Part shown: in pieces, positions 21,829 through 31,996 of the stretch
How positions within the stretch are numbered: position 1 is the stretch's first letter
Layout: each line of letters opens with the position of its first letter
NCBI GenBank assembly: GCA_027262695.1
Contig: GCA_027262695.1_4722.1
From: a phage
DNA length: 64,000 nucleotides
Direction: 5' to 3' (one strand)
The notes under the pieces: model-generated
Database searches by the model: none
The model's input: the letters and a program-made list of their open reading frames with translations, nothing else
Told to the model about the DNA's origin: nothing
Program-made: the position numbers and the translations under genes

Positions 21829-23142
21829 TCACTTAGACACCGCCATGCTTCGCGCTAACGCAACGTCGTACGCATCCATGATTGCGTCGCCGATAGCAGT
21901 ATGACGAATCAACGGAATACCTACGTCTGGATACTCTTTGGTACCCATGATCGATACCGGTTTGTCCTGATAGGCTGCGATCATCGAACGAATGTCCTGA
22001 ACCTGGTTGTATCGGCAGATGGGTTTAAAGCCTGCTTTACGGAACCAATACTCTAATTGAGGCCAATCGGTTTCACCGCGGGCAAGATAATAGAAGGTAT
22101 CTTTACCGTAGTATTCTGTCATTTTGTCACGAATATTGTTAACGAACGCATTGACTTCAGCAATGGCTTCTTTATAGCCCATTACCTTACCATGCTGGAA
22201 ACAATAATCACGTGCTTCTTTCGGTGCTTTGGTTTGCCACCACTCTACCGTTGATTCGCTGATACGACCACCGTCAGCGATTTGACCGTGCACGTCAGGG
22301 AAGACATCAATACGCGGACCGTTAACGATGGATTCTGGATTAGCCAGATCGAAGAACACGATACCGATTTCTAACAACACCCCGTTCTTTTCCAGACTAA
22401 GGTTCTCAACATCCAAACAGAATGCAGGCTTCTCTACCGCTAATGGCTCGAATGAATGGTTGCTGGTATCCGACTCAGCTTCGAGTTCGGTGGCGTCCAG
22501 ATCGGTATCCGCAGGTTTCAGTTCTATTGCGGCATTATCGAGTCCCGATAACGAAAAATAGTCTTCGAAGAAATCAGGTACCGTCATACCACGCAAGTCG
22601 ATATCACAATCTTCCATCCATTGTTTAAACTGGCGCTCATCAACATGGATCGCTAAACGGCATGGTCTGGAACGATTATCCAACACTTCGTCGATCCAGA
22701 AGAAAGTGCGTATAAGTAAGTAAGGATTATGCTCCGCGATGATTTCTTGGCTAGCGTGAGCATCATACACCATTACCTGTATTATTTCCTTACGTGTGTT
22801 ATACGGATCAACCATCAATCGCCGCACGACTTCTCCCAGGTATTCCAGCGCACGTGTGTACACGGTAGATCCAACTTGTCCGTACGCGCTTATACCCGTC
22901 AATAGTTCCTTATAAGACGCGTCTGAAAGCGAAGACGATAGCACACGCGCCAGCTCGGCATTGTATATACTGCATGATTTCTTCGGGGCGATAGCATCAT
23001 GTAACGCTTCAATAAACGCTGGTCCATCAATATCAAACAACCATCCTTGGCGTCGGTGGGCGGTATATCGTAATAACGCACCGATAGCTGCCTGGGGTGG
23101 TGTATATTCTTTTTCGTTAATTTCAAACAGTAGTTCGCTCAT
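21829..23142 (-). CDS. protein with C-terminal DEDDh-type 3'-5' exonuclease domain
   Basis: Exo motifs CLDVENLSL (D-x-E), YYLARGETDWPQLEY, HTAIGDAIMDAYD (H-x4-D); N-terminal ~230 aa unassigned. Confidence 0.55.
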   Translation of the reverse strand: MSELLFEINEKEYTPPQAAIGALLRYTAHRRQGWLFDIDGPAFIEALHDAIAPKKSCSIYNAELARVLSSSLSDASYKELLTGISAYGQVGSTVYTRALEYLGEVVRRLMVDPYNTRKEIIQVMVYDAHASQEIIAEHNPYLLIRTFFWIDEVLDNRSRPCRLAIHVDERQFKQWMEDCDIDLRGMTVPDFFEDYFSLSGLDNAAIELKPADTDLDATELEAESDTSNHSFEPLAVEKPAFCLDVENLSLEKNGVLLEIGIVFFDLANPESIVNGPRIDVFPDVHGQIADGGRISESTVEWWQTKAPKEARDYCFQHGKVMGYKEAIAEVNAFVNNIRDKMTEYYGKDTFYYLARGETDWPQLEYWFRKAGFKPICRYNQVQDIRSMIAAYQDKPVSIMGTKEYPDVGIPLIRHTAIGDAIMDAYDVALARSMAVSK

Positions 23143-23158
23143 TTTAACACCTTTTTTG

Positions 23159-23494
23159 TTATTCTGGTTTATCTGCTGACAGACCGAGACCCGCCAGTAT
23201 TACGTAGTCGTACCACGCTTTTACTTTTGCTTTCGCGTCATCTAAACTGAATTCGGTGACGTAAGGAAATTCGCCGTTGACTTGGAAAGGCAGCTCGCAG
23301 GTGTAGCCGGTATGATCCTTCCAACCTTTCCATTCGATAATCAGAAGACCAAAAACAGTCTCAGCGGTAACATGATTGTAGCGGCACGCTTCGTTTGGCG
23401 GATATTCTTCCGACCAGGTAATCTCCTGCTGTGCTAAAAGCTGTTGTACGACCGCTAACGGTTGTTCCTCATTAAGTTCGATACTATCGATCAT
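23159..23494 (-). CDS. hypothetical protein
   Basis: 111-aa ORF. Confidence 0.45.
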   Translation of the reverse strand: MIDSIELNEEQPLAVVQQLLAQQEITWSEEYPPNEACRYNHVTAETVFGLLIIEWKGWKDHTGYTCELPFQVNGEFPYVTEFSLDDAKAKVKAWYDYVILAGLGLSADKPE

Positions 23495-24087
23495 CGGATA
23501 CCCTCTTTCTCTTTATCGTAATCACTGCAAACATTAACGAATGCGGTATTGCTGGATAGTGCGCTTACCATCTTACGGATTGCATCCAGCGGTTCAAGTT
23601 TAGGATCAATTAACGCACCGGTCAACACGCTGATTGCTCGTGCGATCTCAGCCAAATTAACATTTGGGTCTTTGTCGTCAATAATGAGCAAACTCTTTGC
23701 TGACTTCCGGCGACGCTTGACGATCAACAAGAACGTAATCAGGTTCTCACGCCACGCATCAGAATCCAGATTACGTATCAGGGTTAATGCCCGACGTTCT
23801 TCTGCCCAGGATGGTTTCTCACGGATCACCGGCATGTAAGCTAATTGTTCGGCAAGTCCTTTCAGACTGACGCGGTTGGTCCCACCAGGATGTTCGCTGA
23901 TCCTCAACATCTCGGTTAATATACGCACATATGCGGTTGTTGTTGATACGCCACGTAGCGGCAAGAACAAATTATGTCCTGGAACACCATCATGGCTCAA
24001 CGGTGCGATATAAGTCATGAACCAGCGAATATCATCGTCGGTTTGTTCTCCAACGACGAATGTAAACGCCTCACGTAAAACACTCAC
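23491..24087 (-). CDS. hypothetical protein
   Basis: 198-aa ORF. Confidence 0.45.
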   Translation of the reverse strand: MSVLREAFTFVVGEQTDDDIRWFMTYIAPLSHDGVPGHNLFLPLRGVSTTTAYVRILTEMLRISEHPGGTNRVSLKGLAEQLAYMPVIREKPSWAEERRALTLIRNLDSDAWRENLITFLLIVKRRRKSAKSLLIIDDKDPNVNLAEIARAISVLTGALIDPKLEPLDAIRKMVSALSSNTAFVNVCSDYDKEKEGIR

Positions 24088-24373
24088 GATGAAATCTCCT
24101 TAACGCTTCTTGTATACGTAATCTCTTCGGTAGGTACAGACGTTTGTACAAATCGATTAACAGATAACGCAACACTGACGCGACCACCAGGTACTCACCC
24201 TCGGATTCGGAATAGCGGATCATGTTAATCGGGTAATTCAAATAAGAATAAGAAAAGAGATCATCGTTAGTAAGGCGATGATCCTCAAGATACTGACGAA
24301 ATATGTTTGCTAAGGCATCGTACTCCATTCCGTAGTAACGCAACGACACCTGTCTTGCAGACAGTCGTTTCAT
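24071..24373 (-). CDS. hypothetical protein
   Basis: 100-aa ORF. Confidence 0.4.
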   Translation of the reverse strand: MKRLSARQVSLRYYGMEYDALANIFRQYLEDHRLTNDDLFSYSYLNYPINMIRYSESEGEYLVVASVLRYLLIDLYKRLYLPKRLRIQEALRRFHRECFT

Positions 24374-25212
24374 GCTGGGTTACCTTTTAGTTTTTCGCGT
24401 ATCGCTTCAACAACGCTTGAAGGATCAGTAATAATGGCCGCGATAAGATAATCGATAGGTATGTCAAGAATGATTTTCTTCAATTGAAAGGTCGTATCTT
24501 TACGACGTACACCGTAAAACACACCATCCTTAAACACGACTTCGTATGAAATTGGGAGCTGGCTAATGATGGTATTGGCGTAATCCCCTAACCACATCGA
24601 CCCCGCCATCAGGTGCGCACAAATTGCATGACTGATACGCACATCCTTGTTCTTCTGACTGACATCTTTGATTTTAGCCATGGAGACCAGAAGTTCACCA
24701 ACCTTATTCAGCATGTCGTCGTATACCCCGAAGAACTTAATCAACTGCCGTGTCCCTAACGACATATACGTCTCTCGAGGTAACACACAACACACCTGTG
24801 GTAACGTACCGACACCATAGACGCAACTGTGGGGTGATAACGGAAGCAGGTCAGCAACCGCATTTTTGATGTTGTTGTAAGCCGTGATATCGTTGAATGG
24901 CGAAAGACCTTTTGTCATCGGCTTATCGATCGCCACATCGAACTCAGCGAACGTCCATGCGGCTTTACGATGTTGACCCTTATGGTAAGGCGGAGCCAAT
25001 ACAGCAACAACACGAAGACGGTATTCATGGGTATCACGCAATGTGAGTTGAATGCCTTCATCATCCCCTTTACGTACAAGCAGATAACGACTCGCACAGC
25101 CATCACACACCACCGTGGGTTCATGTTGACCATACGCGGCAAGGATTGGTTTACTAAGATCTTTATCGCAGTGTTTACATCGATGATCTTGTTCCTGATA
25201 ACAGATTTTCAC
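24370..25212 (-). CDS. hypothetical protein with N-terminal Cys-rich (zinc-ribbon-like) segment
   Basis: CKHCDK...CDGC near N-terminus. Confidence 0.45.
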   Translation of the reverse strand: MKICYQEQDHRCKHCDKDLSKPILAAYGQHEPTVVCDGCASRYLLVRKGDDEGIQLTLRDTHEYRLRVVAVLAPPYHKGQHRKAAWTFAEFDVAIDKPMTKGLSPFNDITAYNNIKNAVADLLPLSPHSCVYGVGTLPQVCCVLPRETYMSLGTRQLIKFFGVYDDMLNKVGELLVSMAKIKDVSQKNKDVRISHAICAHLMAGSMWLGDYANTIISQLPISYEVVFKDGVFYGVRRKDTTFQLKKIILDIPIDYLIAAIITDPSSVVEAIREKLKGNPA

Positions 25213-25226
25213 GATTAACCCCTCTA

Positions 25227-26246
25227 TTAATGTAAAACACGATTTGCTGGAACTACAACGGCGTTATCCATTGACAGATTCGTTGCTTTACGATCTGGAC
25301 TGAATCGACGTGCGTTTTCTTCGTGATGGTTAACAGGGTTATCTTGTCCCATCAGTTCCTCTGCCTCACTGAACGAGAGTTCTCGAAATCCTTTCGGATA
25401 CAAGAACAGCGGCCCATCAACATCCAACCCTTCGACAAATCCATGCGATAACCAGACACTACCATCTGCACTGTAAAGAATCGGTTCGATATCGTAATCC
25501 AGAACGTACTGATACCAGTAGTTAAACAACTGAGCGATCCAACGGTTACGTAATAAGTAATCAATGACCACCGCGCTACGTACGCTATGACACCAGCCGA
25601 TCTTACCGTCAACTTTCTGTAGCAAGGTGCCGTCATTTGCTTGTTGGATAACCGCATTAAACAGCCACACGAGATCGGTTGCGAAGCTTGCTGCTTCTCG
25701 GATGTCAGGGATGTAACGCATGGGTATCGTCAGATGAGAACGGTATTTAGCCAATGCTTCTTCGCCGTTGTCCCCTTCGACGCAGAGAATACCATTTGCC
25801 GATAGATGGCCTTGATTCAACGACTGGGCGATGTAAAGCTCGCCAATTTCGTCAATATGTTCGACTGTCCCCAAGGTTAACTCGGACATAAAACGGTCGA
25901 GATCGATAGGCATCGTCGTGCTTGCAATAAACGGATTCATAGGTCGGTTCTTATCCGAGAAAACAATCGACCAAACAGCTTCAAATTTCTCATCGGTTGG
26001 AACAAACGAAACATGTCGTTCCTTACGTTTATTCACCACAGACATTTTCGATGCTTTCCAGCAACGCGTACAAACATAACCGGTGTCCTGCAATGGCGTA
26101 TCCGAAAACACATCGTAACGAATCGATGCAATTGAGATATCATACCCGCAATGAGGACAGGTGGTATCAATAAGCGTTTTCATTTTGTTAAATTCCTTTT
26201 GATAAAAATACGTGGATGTCTGTAAGCTGTTCTTCGGGGATATCAT
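25227..26246 (-). CDS. hypothetical protein with N-terminal zinc-ribbon-like segment
   Basis: CPHCG...CTRCW. Confidence 0.45.
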   Translation of the reverse strand: MISPKNSLQTSTYFYQKEFNKMKTLIDTTCPHCGYDISIASIRYDVFSDTPLQDTGYVCTRCWKASKMSVVNKRKERHVSFVPTDEKFEAVWSIVFSDKNRPMNPFIASTTMPIDLDRFMSELTLGTVEHIDEIGELYIAQSLNQGHLSANGILCVEGDNGEEALAKYRSHLTIPMRYIPDIREAASFATDLVWLFNAVIQQANDGTLLQKVDGKIGWCHSVRSAVVIDYLLRNRWIAQLFNYWYQYVLDYDIEPILYSADGSVWLSHGFVEGLDVDGPLFLYPKGFRELSFSEAEELMGQDNPVNHHEENARRFSPDRKATNLSMDNAVVVPANRVLH

Positions 26247-26448
26247 CAGCTGCTGTTAGAACCTTGGGACCATGTTCGTTGAGGTAGGCTTCCCGCTGAA
26301 GCTGATGGAATCGATTGGCTTCTTGGAACTCGGTGTCCGTCATGTAAACCAACTTGTACTTCGAACGTTTATTCGGATTATATCTCTTATTACGTTTCTT
26401 TGGTTTCTTCGCCATAATAGCCTCGTGAAGGTGGATGGTACGCGCCAT
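26188..26448 (-). CDS. hypothetical basic protein
   Basis: 86-aa ORF, KKPKKRNKRYNPNKRSK stretch. Confidence 0.35.
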   Translation of the reverse strand: MARTIHLHEAIMAKKPKKRNKRYNPNKRSKYKLVYMTDTEFQEANRFHQLQREAYLNEHGPKVLTAADDIPEEQLTDIHVFLSKGI

Positions 26449-26463
26449 CCACCTTCCTCCATG

Positions 26464-26994
26464 TTAAAGTGCGTTCAATTCTTCAGGTGTACGTACGGTA
26501 CGGGTGTTAGGATCAACCATTGCCGGTGTGCCAGCAGGACATTTGCGAACATCGATCCGCATCTCAGGTTCGATCGGACGAATACGGTATGTTTTACCGT
26601 CATCGGTTAATACCGAAATCGTCAACGCCTGGTTCAGTTCATTAACGAAGTTCACCAAACGTTGTTGACCTCCTTTCGCCCAGAAGTTAAGATCGGTTTC
26701 TCCATTAAAATAGCTGATCCCTTCAGCGGTGCCAATCGTGATCTTAACGATGCCAGGATAATCACGAAGAAGAGGTGCTTGATAACCTTCGTCCTCTGTA
26801 TCCAGTTTTACCCACGCACCACCTGTGGACAAGCAATTAACTTCTAACGCGGTTGGTGCACTAACCTCCGCTGATGACCAGGTATACATGGTACCTAGTT
26901 TTGCGTGTCCGGTTTCCAGTTCGCTGTAATCCCAAGCCTGTGCTGACGCGGTAATAAAGAAAGCAGCAAGAAACAACTTTTTCATTCTTTTCAA
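26464..26994 (-). CDS. secreted/periplasmic protein (signal peptide)
   Basis: N-terminal MKRMKKLFLAAFFITASAQA is a typical Sec signal peptide. Confidence 0.55.
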   Translation of the reverse strand: MKRMKKLFLAAFFITASAQAWDYSELETGHAKLGTMYTWSSAEVSAPTALEVNCLSTGGAWVKLDTEDEGYQAPLLRDYPGIVKITIGTAEGISYFNGETDLNFWAKGGQQRLVNFVNELNQALTISVLTDDGKTYRIRPIEPEMRIDVRKCPAGTPAMVDPNTRTVRTPEELNAL

Positions 26995-27039
26995 TTCCTA
27001 TTAGAGTGACCGATTATAGTGGTCGAGATTGCTAATAAC

Positions 27040-27474
27040 TTAATTCTGGTATTGTTTTCGTAATGCGCGATTACGTTTGCGTTCTTGGTTTTTAACGGTA
27101 CCAAGAAACAGCTTCAATTCTGACGGTTTAAGCGTACCCTCACGTACCGCACCGTTTTGTTCGATGTGATACGTCCAATGATCGACTTCCGCGGTTAAGA
27201 CTAACGTGGTGGGTTGTTCATCAGGTAACGATCGGGGTGAGAAAATAAAGAGTAATTCAAAAGGCGTTTCTCGGCTGATGATAGGACGGATACTAACATC
27301 AAGGCCCTCCCATCGCTGAGGTTTAAATATTCCTCCAGCCGCGACGATTGTCTCCGAGCGTTGTTCTACAAGCTGGGCTAATTCACGATCGTCATTGAAA
27401 TAAATATCGTGAAGGATATCTGTATCGATAAAAAATCCGCGCTCCGAATCGTGATGAACAATTGAATTCTTCAT
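27040..27474 (-). CDS. hypothetical protein
   Basis: 144-aa ORF. Confidence 0.45.
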   Translation of the reverse strand: MKNSIVHHDSERGFFIDTDILHDIYFNDDRELAQLVEQRSETIVAAGGIFKPQRWEGLDVSIRPIISRETPFELLFIFSPRSLPDEQPTTLVLTAEVDHWTYHIEQNGAVREGTLKPSELKLFLGTVKNQERKRNRALRKQYQN

Positions 27475-27526
27475 TTTAACGCCTTTTGTTGTTTGCTATC
27501 ATGTCCTATACGAACATGAAAAATCG

Positions 27527-27802
27527 TTAATCTTTACCGTTGAACGTAACGCCACGGCCGGTTACCGACGAAGGAACCTTGAGATAATAGAAGTAAATGT
27601 AATTGTCGCGATGGCTAAAATGGTTTTTGCAAGCATAGTACTCTCCAGCTCCAATGAATGATTTAATACGTGTAATTTGAGGGTGTCGTGCAAGCAACGC
27701 ACGTATCACGATTTCCATCTGATGGTCATTCAAACCCGGTCGTGCGTCGACGTGGAAATGAAGGTCCTTGAGGAACCGTTTCCAGGGATCAGGCTTTGAC
27801 AT
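27527..27802 (-). CDS. hypothetical protein
   Basis: Start at ATG 27802 after AAAGGAGGTGACG (ORF track start 27838 is the ATG of the TTCTATGCCG box). Confidence 0.45.
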   Translation of the reverse strand: MSKPDPWKRFLKDLHFHVDARPGLNDHQMEIVIRALLARHPQITRIKSFIGAGEYYACKNHFSHRDNYIYFYYLKVPSSVTGRGVTFNGKD

Positions 27803-27833
27803 CGTCACCTCCTTTAATAAGTAGCAGGAATGC

Positions 27834-27860
27834 GGCATAGAACCCTCCCCGGAGGGAGGG
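27834..27860 (-). terminator. GC hairpin followed by TTCTATGCCG box
   Basis: Minus strand CCCTCCCTCCGGGGAGGG TTCTATGCCGC. Confidence 0.55.
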
Positions 27861-27869
27861 TATGTAATG

Positions 27870-28427
27870 TTATTCCATCCAGACTTCTTCGTCGTAATGG
27901 TTCTCTATTGCGTTGCGCCAGAAGCGAACGGTATCCAAACTGATCGGCGTATAGAAATGTTGGTCAACACCGACGTTGAGTCCGTTTGCTTTCGCTAACA
28001 TACAACGATGGATATGTCCAAACAGATTGAAATACCCTGGGTTTCTTTCACTGGGTTTATGGCATAACCAATAAGACTCGTCGTTATTGATCGGCAATAC
28101 CAACGGATGTTCATAAACCGCAGCAAATCCCATATCAAGGAGCTTGTCGCGGAAAGCATCAAAACTCAACCCGCTCGCCTTGCAGGCGTCCTCGTCCCAA
28201 TTCCCGAGTACTAACTGAACCTGGATATCAGAACGAATGGCTTCAATGAACTCGAACTTGCCCCAATCGCCCAGATGCCACAACACGCTGTTCTTAGGGA
28301 GATTGTTGATGGCTTTCAGCATGTGTTGGTTCATGTCAGCCACGCTTGCAAACGGACGACGTGAATACACCCGGGTGCGTTCGCTGTCAAAATGCGTATC
28401 TGAAGTAAAGAAGATAGATGGGATCAT
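27870..28427 (-). CDS. calcineurin-like metallophosphoesterase
   Basis: Motifs SDTHFD, HLGDWG, GNWDED, GHIHR. Confidence 0.7.
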   Translation of the reverse strand: MIPSIFFTSDTHFDSERTRVYSRRPFASVADMNQHMLKAINNLPKNSVLWHLGDWGKFEFIEAIRSDIQVQLVLGNWDEDACKASGLSFDAFRDKLLDMGFAAVYEHPLVLPINNDESYWLCHKPSERNPGYFNLFGHIHRCMLAKANGLNVGVDQHFYTPISLDTVRFWRNAIENHYDEEVWME

Positions 28428-28906
28428 CGATCTAATTGCTCCAGAAATGCACGCCCTGATTTACTTGCACGCAAATGTTGTTCTGCGGAAGTCAGCAGCA
28501 CGTCGGTTGGCGTATAGGCTACACTGCCTTTCCACTCCGTCTTCAGCTTACCCTCTTCGATGCTGAACTGAATCAGTTGTTGGGTGCCAAAATTAAGCGT
28601 GTTGGTTGCTGCGCTGAATACACCACCCATCATGCTGTAACCAAAGACTTTCGCATCTTCTGCATAGAAGTCGTTGTCGATCAATTTGTTCTGTAGTTCC
28701 AGCTGATCGGACGGCAGCAGTCCACCATCAAAGACACTTAGAATACCGGCTAAGCGATAAATACTCACCTTTCCTGAAACACCCACCACGTAATTGCCGT
28801 ATGGTGTTTCCTCAAGCTTCGCGACGACGGTGCGATCATCGGAGGTTTTCATTGAAACCTCAATGCCATCATCGATTTCCGTTAATGTTAAATCAACAAT
28901 ACTCAT
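28424..28906 (-). CDS. hypothetical protein
   Basis: 160-aa ORF. Confidence 0.45.
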   Translation of the reverse strand: MSIVDLTLTEIDDGIEVSMKTSDDRTVVAKLEETPYGNYVVGVSGKVSIYRLAGILSVFDGGLLPSDQLELQNKLIDNDFYAEDAKVFGYSMMGGVFSAATNTLNFGTQQLIQFSIEEGKLKTEWKGSVAYTPTDVLLTSAEQHLRASKSGRAFLEQLDR

Positions 28907-28927
28907 TTGTTTTCTCCGCGTTCATGT

Positions 28928-29614
28928 TTAACACATGATTTCACCATGTTTCTTTTCAACATACGTATAAACATCATCCAAATAAGCGATGAGTTTATCA
29001 CGATTCGCACAAAGCGATTTGATCGTTGCAATCTCTTTCGTATAAAGCTGCTGGCCCAGGGCTGGATAAGTAATCCAAGCATAACCATCAGGTGCGAATT
29101 TAGAGATAAGGTAATCGGCGGTTTCCTGTAATGCGAACTCCTTGCTCATCTGGCCGTAGCGGTGTTCGATAGCACGAATACCAAAACGTTCACTATCAAG
29201 ACGACCCATATCCGCCAAACGAAGAACCTGAGAAGCCACAGAACTACGTGGACCGGAATACGAGGCGCGATGTTCAGCAATGAGTACGCGTATCTCCTCG
29301 ATATCTTCCGGTGTGAAAATATGTTGCTCATTACGAAGTAAGATAATCGACGCGCGAATACCGCCAATAAGGTGGTGGTATGTTCTGTTCTCATGACAAG
29401 CGATATCATGCATGAACGCTGCGGTTAACAGACGACGGCGTTCAACCGGTCGAATGATACCAACCACATCAGCAAGTTCATTTGCCAGTTCGACAACAGC
29501 AAGGACATGTTCTTCTTGATGGGCAAGATCGTTCTTTTTAATGTTATCAATAACTTCAGTGCGTGTTTCCTGAGATAAGAAATTTAAGCAGTCTAACGAA
29601 AATAAAGATTTCAT
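28928..29614 (-). CDS. HD-domain phosphohydrolase
   Basis: H...HD pattern (EEHVLAVVELANEL; AAFMHDIACH); TATATTAC-type promoter box 49 nt upstream. Confidence 0.55.
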   Translation of the reverse strand: MKSLFSLDCLNFLSQETRTEVIDNIKKNDLAHQEEHVLAVVELANELADVVGIIRPVERRRLLTAAFMHDIACHENRTYHHLIGGIRASIILLRNEQHIFTPEDIEEIRVLIAEHRASYSGPRSSVASQVLRLADMGRLDSERFGIRAIEHRYGQMSKEFALQETADYLISKFAPDGYAWITYPALGQQLYTKEIATIKSLCANRDKLIAYLDDVYTYVEKKHGEIMC

Positions 29615-29660
29615 CGTACGTACCTCTTTGACTGTATTAATAAATCGTGTTTACTCACGT

Positions 29661-29679
29661 AAGTAATATAGCCGTGAAA
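29661..29679 (-). promoter_or_regulatory. candidate early promoter box (minus strand TTTCACGGCTATATTACTT)
   Basis: One of four near-identical boxes, each 23-71 nt upstream of a minus-strand start codon. Confidence 0.5.
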
Positions 29680-29757
29680 GGATTTGTATTGGCACGTTCG
29701 ACGTTCATCGTATTTTATGGATTGTCGAATGACGTCATTTTAAGGGACATCCCCGGC

Positions 29758-29786
29758 CTCCTCCCCAGGAAAGGTGTGGGGAGGAG
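29758..29786 (+). terminator. GC hairpin with 3' T-run upstream of SNF2 gene
   Basis: CTCCTCCCC...GGGGAGGAG TTTTTA on plus strand. Confidence 0.4.
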
Positions 29787-29820
29787 TTTTTACCAGACTT
29801 TTATTAATTCGAGTGCGAGT

Positions 29821-31902
29821 ATGTTAGATAGAATAAATCGCCTAATGAACCGGATAACGGTTAAAAATCAAAGCAACAATACCGTGCATGTTGGGGGTAT
29901 CGATGCCTGGCGTCTTTCGGACGATATCCAGCGAATCTGGGGTACCTCTCGGTTTATGAAATATATGTTTCGTAACTTCTCTTCCAGCGGTCTTAGCATT
30001 CACAACTTCTATCTGCCTGATTTCGTTTATATTCTTGAAACGATCATTGATGCAAAGAACACCCGCAGCAACAAGCGGATGCTAAAACGCCTTGTTGAAG
30101 TCTTGTTAGAAGAAACCTGGCTGCAAAATACCACCATCGAACAGCCAGCCATTCTTGATAAAGCGCGCATGAAGAAAATGATGACGCTTTCTTTGTTCGA
30201 TTATCAAGATGAGTATCTCGACATTTATAACCGCAACGTTCCGAAATATCGATTAAAAGGCCATGTGTGTGCGATGGGTGCCGGGGCGGGTAAAACAATT
30301 ACCGCGTTGGCGTTAAGCGCTGCCTTGGGTGTTGACGTCTTCGTGGCATGCTGTCCTAAGAACACCATGCGTTCGGCATGGCAATCAGATTTACATAAAG
30401 CGCTTGTGGATCCTGCAACCGAATCCGCATTCTGGTCTGATGTGATGCCCCCAACCCAGTTACAGAAAAGCGATAAATATTACTTCCTGCATTACGAGCA
30501 GATGGGATTGTTAAACGAGATCATGCTCAAGCATAAACGCACAGCAAAACGTGTGTTGATCGTTGTCGATGAAAGCCATAACTTCAACGATAAGAACAGT
30601 CAACGTTCTCAGCGTTTGGTTGATCTGGTACAGACGATGCGTCAAACCATGAATGCGGACATACATGTCTTATTTATGTCGGGTACGCCTGTTAAACAGA
30701 TGGGTTCTGAAATGATCCCATGTTTAGGTTGCATTGACCCGATGTTCCAAGGCCAGGTGGTTGATAGCTTCAAGTCGATTTACGGTTTAACCAGCAGTCG
30801 TGCTAATGATATCTTAAGGCATCGTCTTGGATTCATGATGCATGTCGTACCCAAAGAAGCTTACCGTAAGACACGGCCTGAGGTTCAGGACGTATACGTG
30901 AAACTGCCTAACGGTAGTGATTACACCATCTCAAGTATCCGTGACGATATGGCGGTGTTTGTGCGTGACCGTGCAAAATACTACAAAGATAACTGGGGGC
31001 ATTACCGGAAGATTTTCGATGATGCGCTGGATTTCTATCGTCGGACCATACGGACGGAAGGTGAGCGTAAAGAACTGTCTCGTTATGAATCCATCGTCGC
31101 CCGCTTTCAGAAAGGTTACGATCCTGTCAGGGATAAAGAAGACGCCATGTTCTGCAACGTGTTCGAGAAACGAGCGATCATGCCGATTCTTCCTCCCGAT
31201 TTACGGATTGCGTTCAAAGACGCCAAAAGCGTCATCAAGTACGTCGGATTGAAGATTCAAGGGGAAGCCTTGGCAAGGGTTCTTGGCGCAGCGCGCATTC
31301 AATGCCACGTTGATATGGTCGAGTATATCGATTTTGAAGGGTATATCAACAATGCTGAAGCCAAAGTGCTGATCTTCACGTCATACGTTCAGGTAGTTGA
31401 ACGCGTTGATAACCTGCTTCGCGATGCGGGCTTCTTACCAGAACCGATCTACGGGAAGACCAACAAGAACATTAACCAGATCCTCGCGCGATTACGCGAT
31501 GATCCTGACAGCGGTCCCGCTATCGCAACCTTTGATAGTTTAGCGGAAGGGGTTCCTATGTTAATGTGTAACGTCGGCCTTTTCTTAAATAACCCCTGGC
31601 GTTCCTCCGATGAGATCCAAGCCATCAGTCGTCTCGACCGTGTTGGTCAAACCCAACCTGTTCGTATCTATCGTTTCATGCTGGATACTGGCAGCGAAGG
31701 TAACGTTTCAACACGAAGCCAAGAGATCATGGAGTTAAGTCGTCAGCTGGTTGAAGAAATCACAGGTGTTAAATACAATGTGAATAAACAAGCCGACGTT
31801 AACCTACAAGAAACGCTGGCTATGGAAGGGTACGATAGATACTTGACGATTAATACCCCTGGGTTTGAAATCAAACCGCGTTCCACGTTCTTAGAATGGT
31901 AA
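29821..31902 (+). CDS. SNF2-family (SF2) helicase/ATPase
   Basis: LFDYQ, Walker A MGAGAGKT, DExH VVDESHN, MSGTP, motif VI QAISRLDRVGQT; start ATG 29821 or 29845 uncertain (ORF track GTG at 29647). Confidence 0.75.
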   Translation: MLDRINRLMNRITVKNQSNNTVHVGGIDAWRLSDDIQRIWGTSRFMKYMFRNFSSSGLSIHNFYLPDFVYILETIIDAKNTRSNKRMLKRLVEVLLEETWLQNTTIEQPAILDKARMKKMMTLSLFDYQDEYLDIYNRNVPKYRLKGHVCAMGAGAGKTITALALSAALGVDVFVACCPKNTMRSAWQSDLHKALVDPATESAFWSDVMPPTQLQKSDKYYFLHYEQMGLLNEIMLKHKRTAKRVLIVVDESHNFNDKNSQRSQRLVDLVQTMRQTMNADIHVLFMSGTPVKQMGSEMIPCLGCIDPMFQGQVVDSFKSIYGLTSSRANDILRHRLGFMMHVVPKEAYRKTRPEVQDVYVKLPNGSDYTISSIRDDMAVFVRDRAKYYKDNWGHYRKIFDDALDFYRRTIRTEGERKELSRYESIVARFQKGYDPVRDKEDAMFCNVFEKRAIMPILPPDLRIAFKDAKSVIKYVGLKIQGEALARVLGAARIQCHVDMVEYIDFEGYINNAEAKVLIFTSYVQVVERVDNLLRDAGFLPEPIYGKTNKNINQILARLRDDPDSGPAIATFDSLAEGVPMLMCNVGLFLNNPWRSSDEIQAISRLDRVGQTQPVRIYRFMLDTGSEGNVSTRSQEIMELSRQLVEEITGVKYNVNKQADVNLQETLAMEGYDRYLTINTPGFEIKPRSTFLEW

Positions 31903-31996
31903 TTAAGAAGCTCTGCCCGAAGGCAGAGCTTTATGCCGGATTTACCACGAAATCGTATGACGCGATATGCGTCTTTAATTAAAGGAAAAGCGCGAA

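Noticed and set aside
29647-29820. ORF-track 5' extension of the SNF2 gene from a GTG at 29647
   Set aside because: The extension runs through the minus-strand promoter box and a strong hairpin; a downstream ATG (29821 or 29845) is more plausible.
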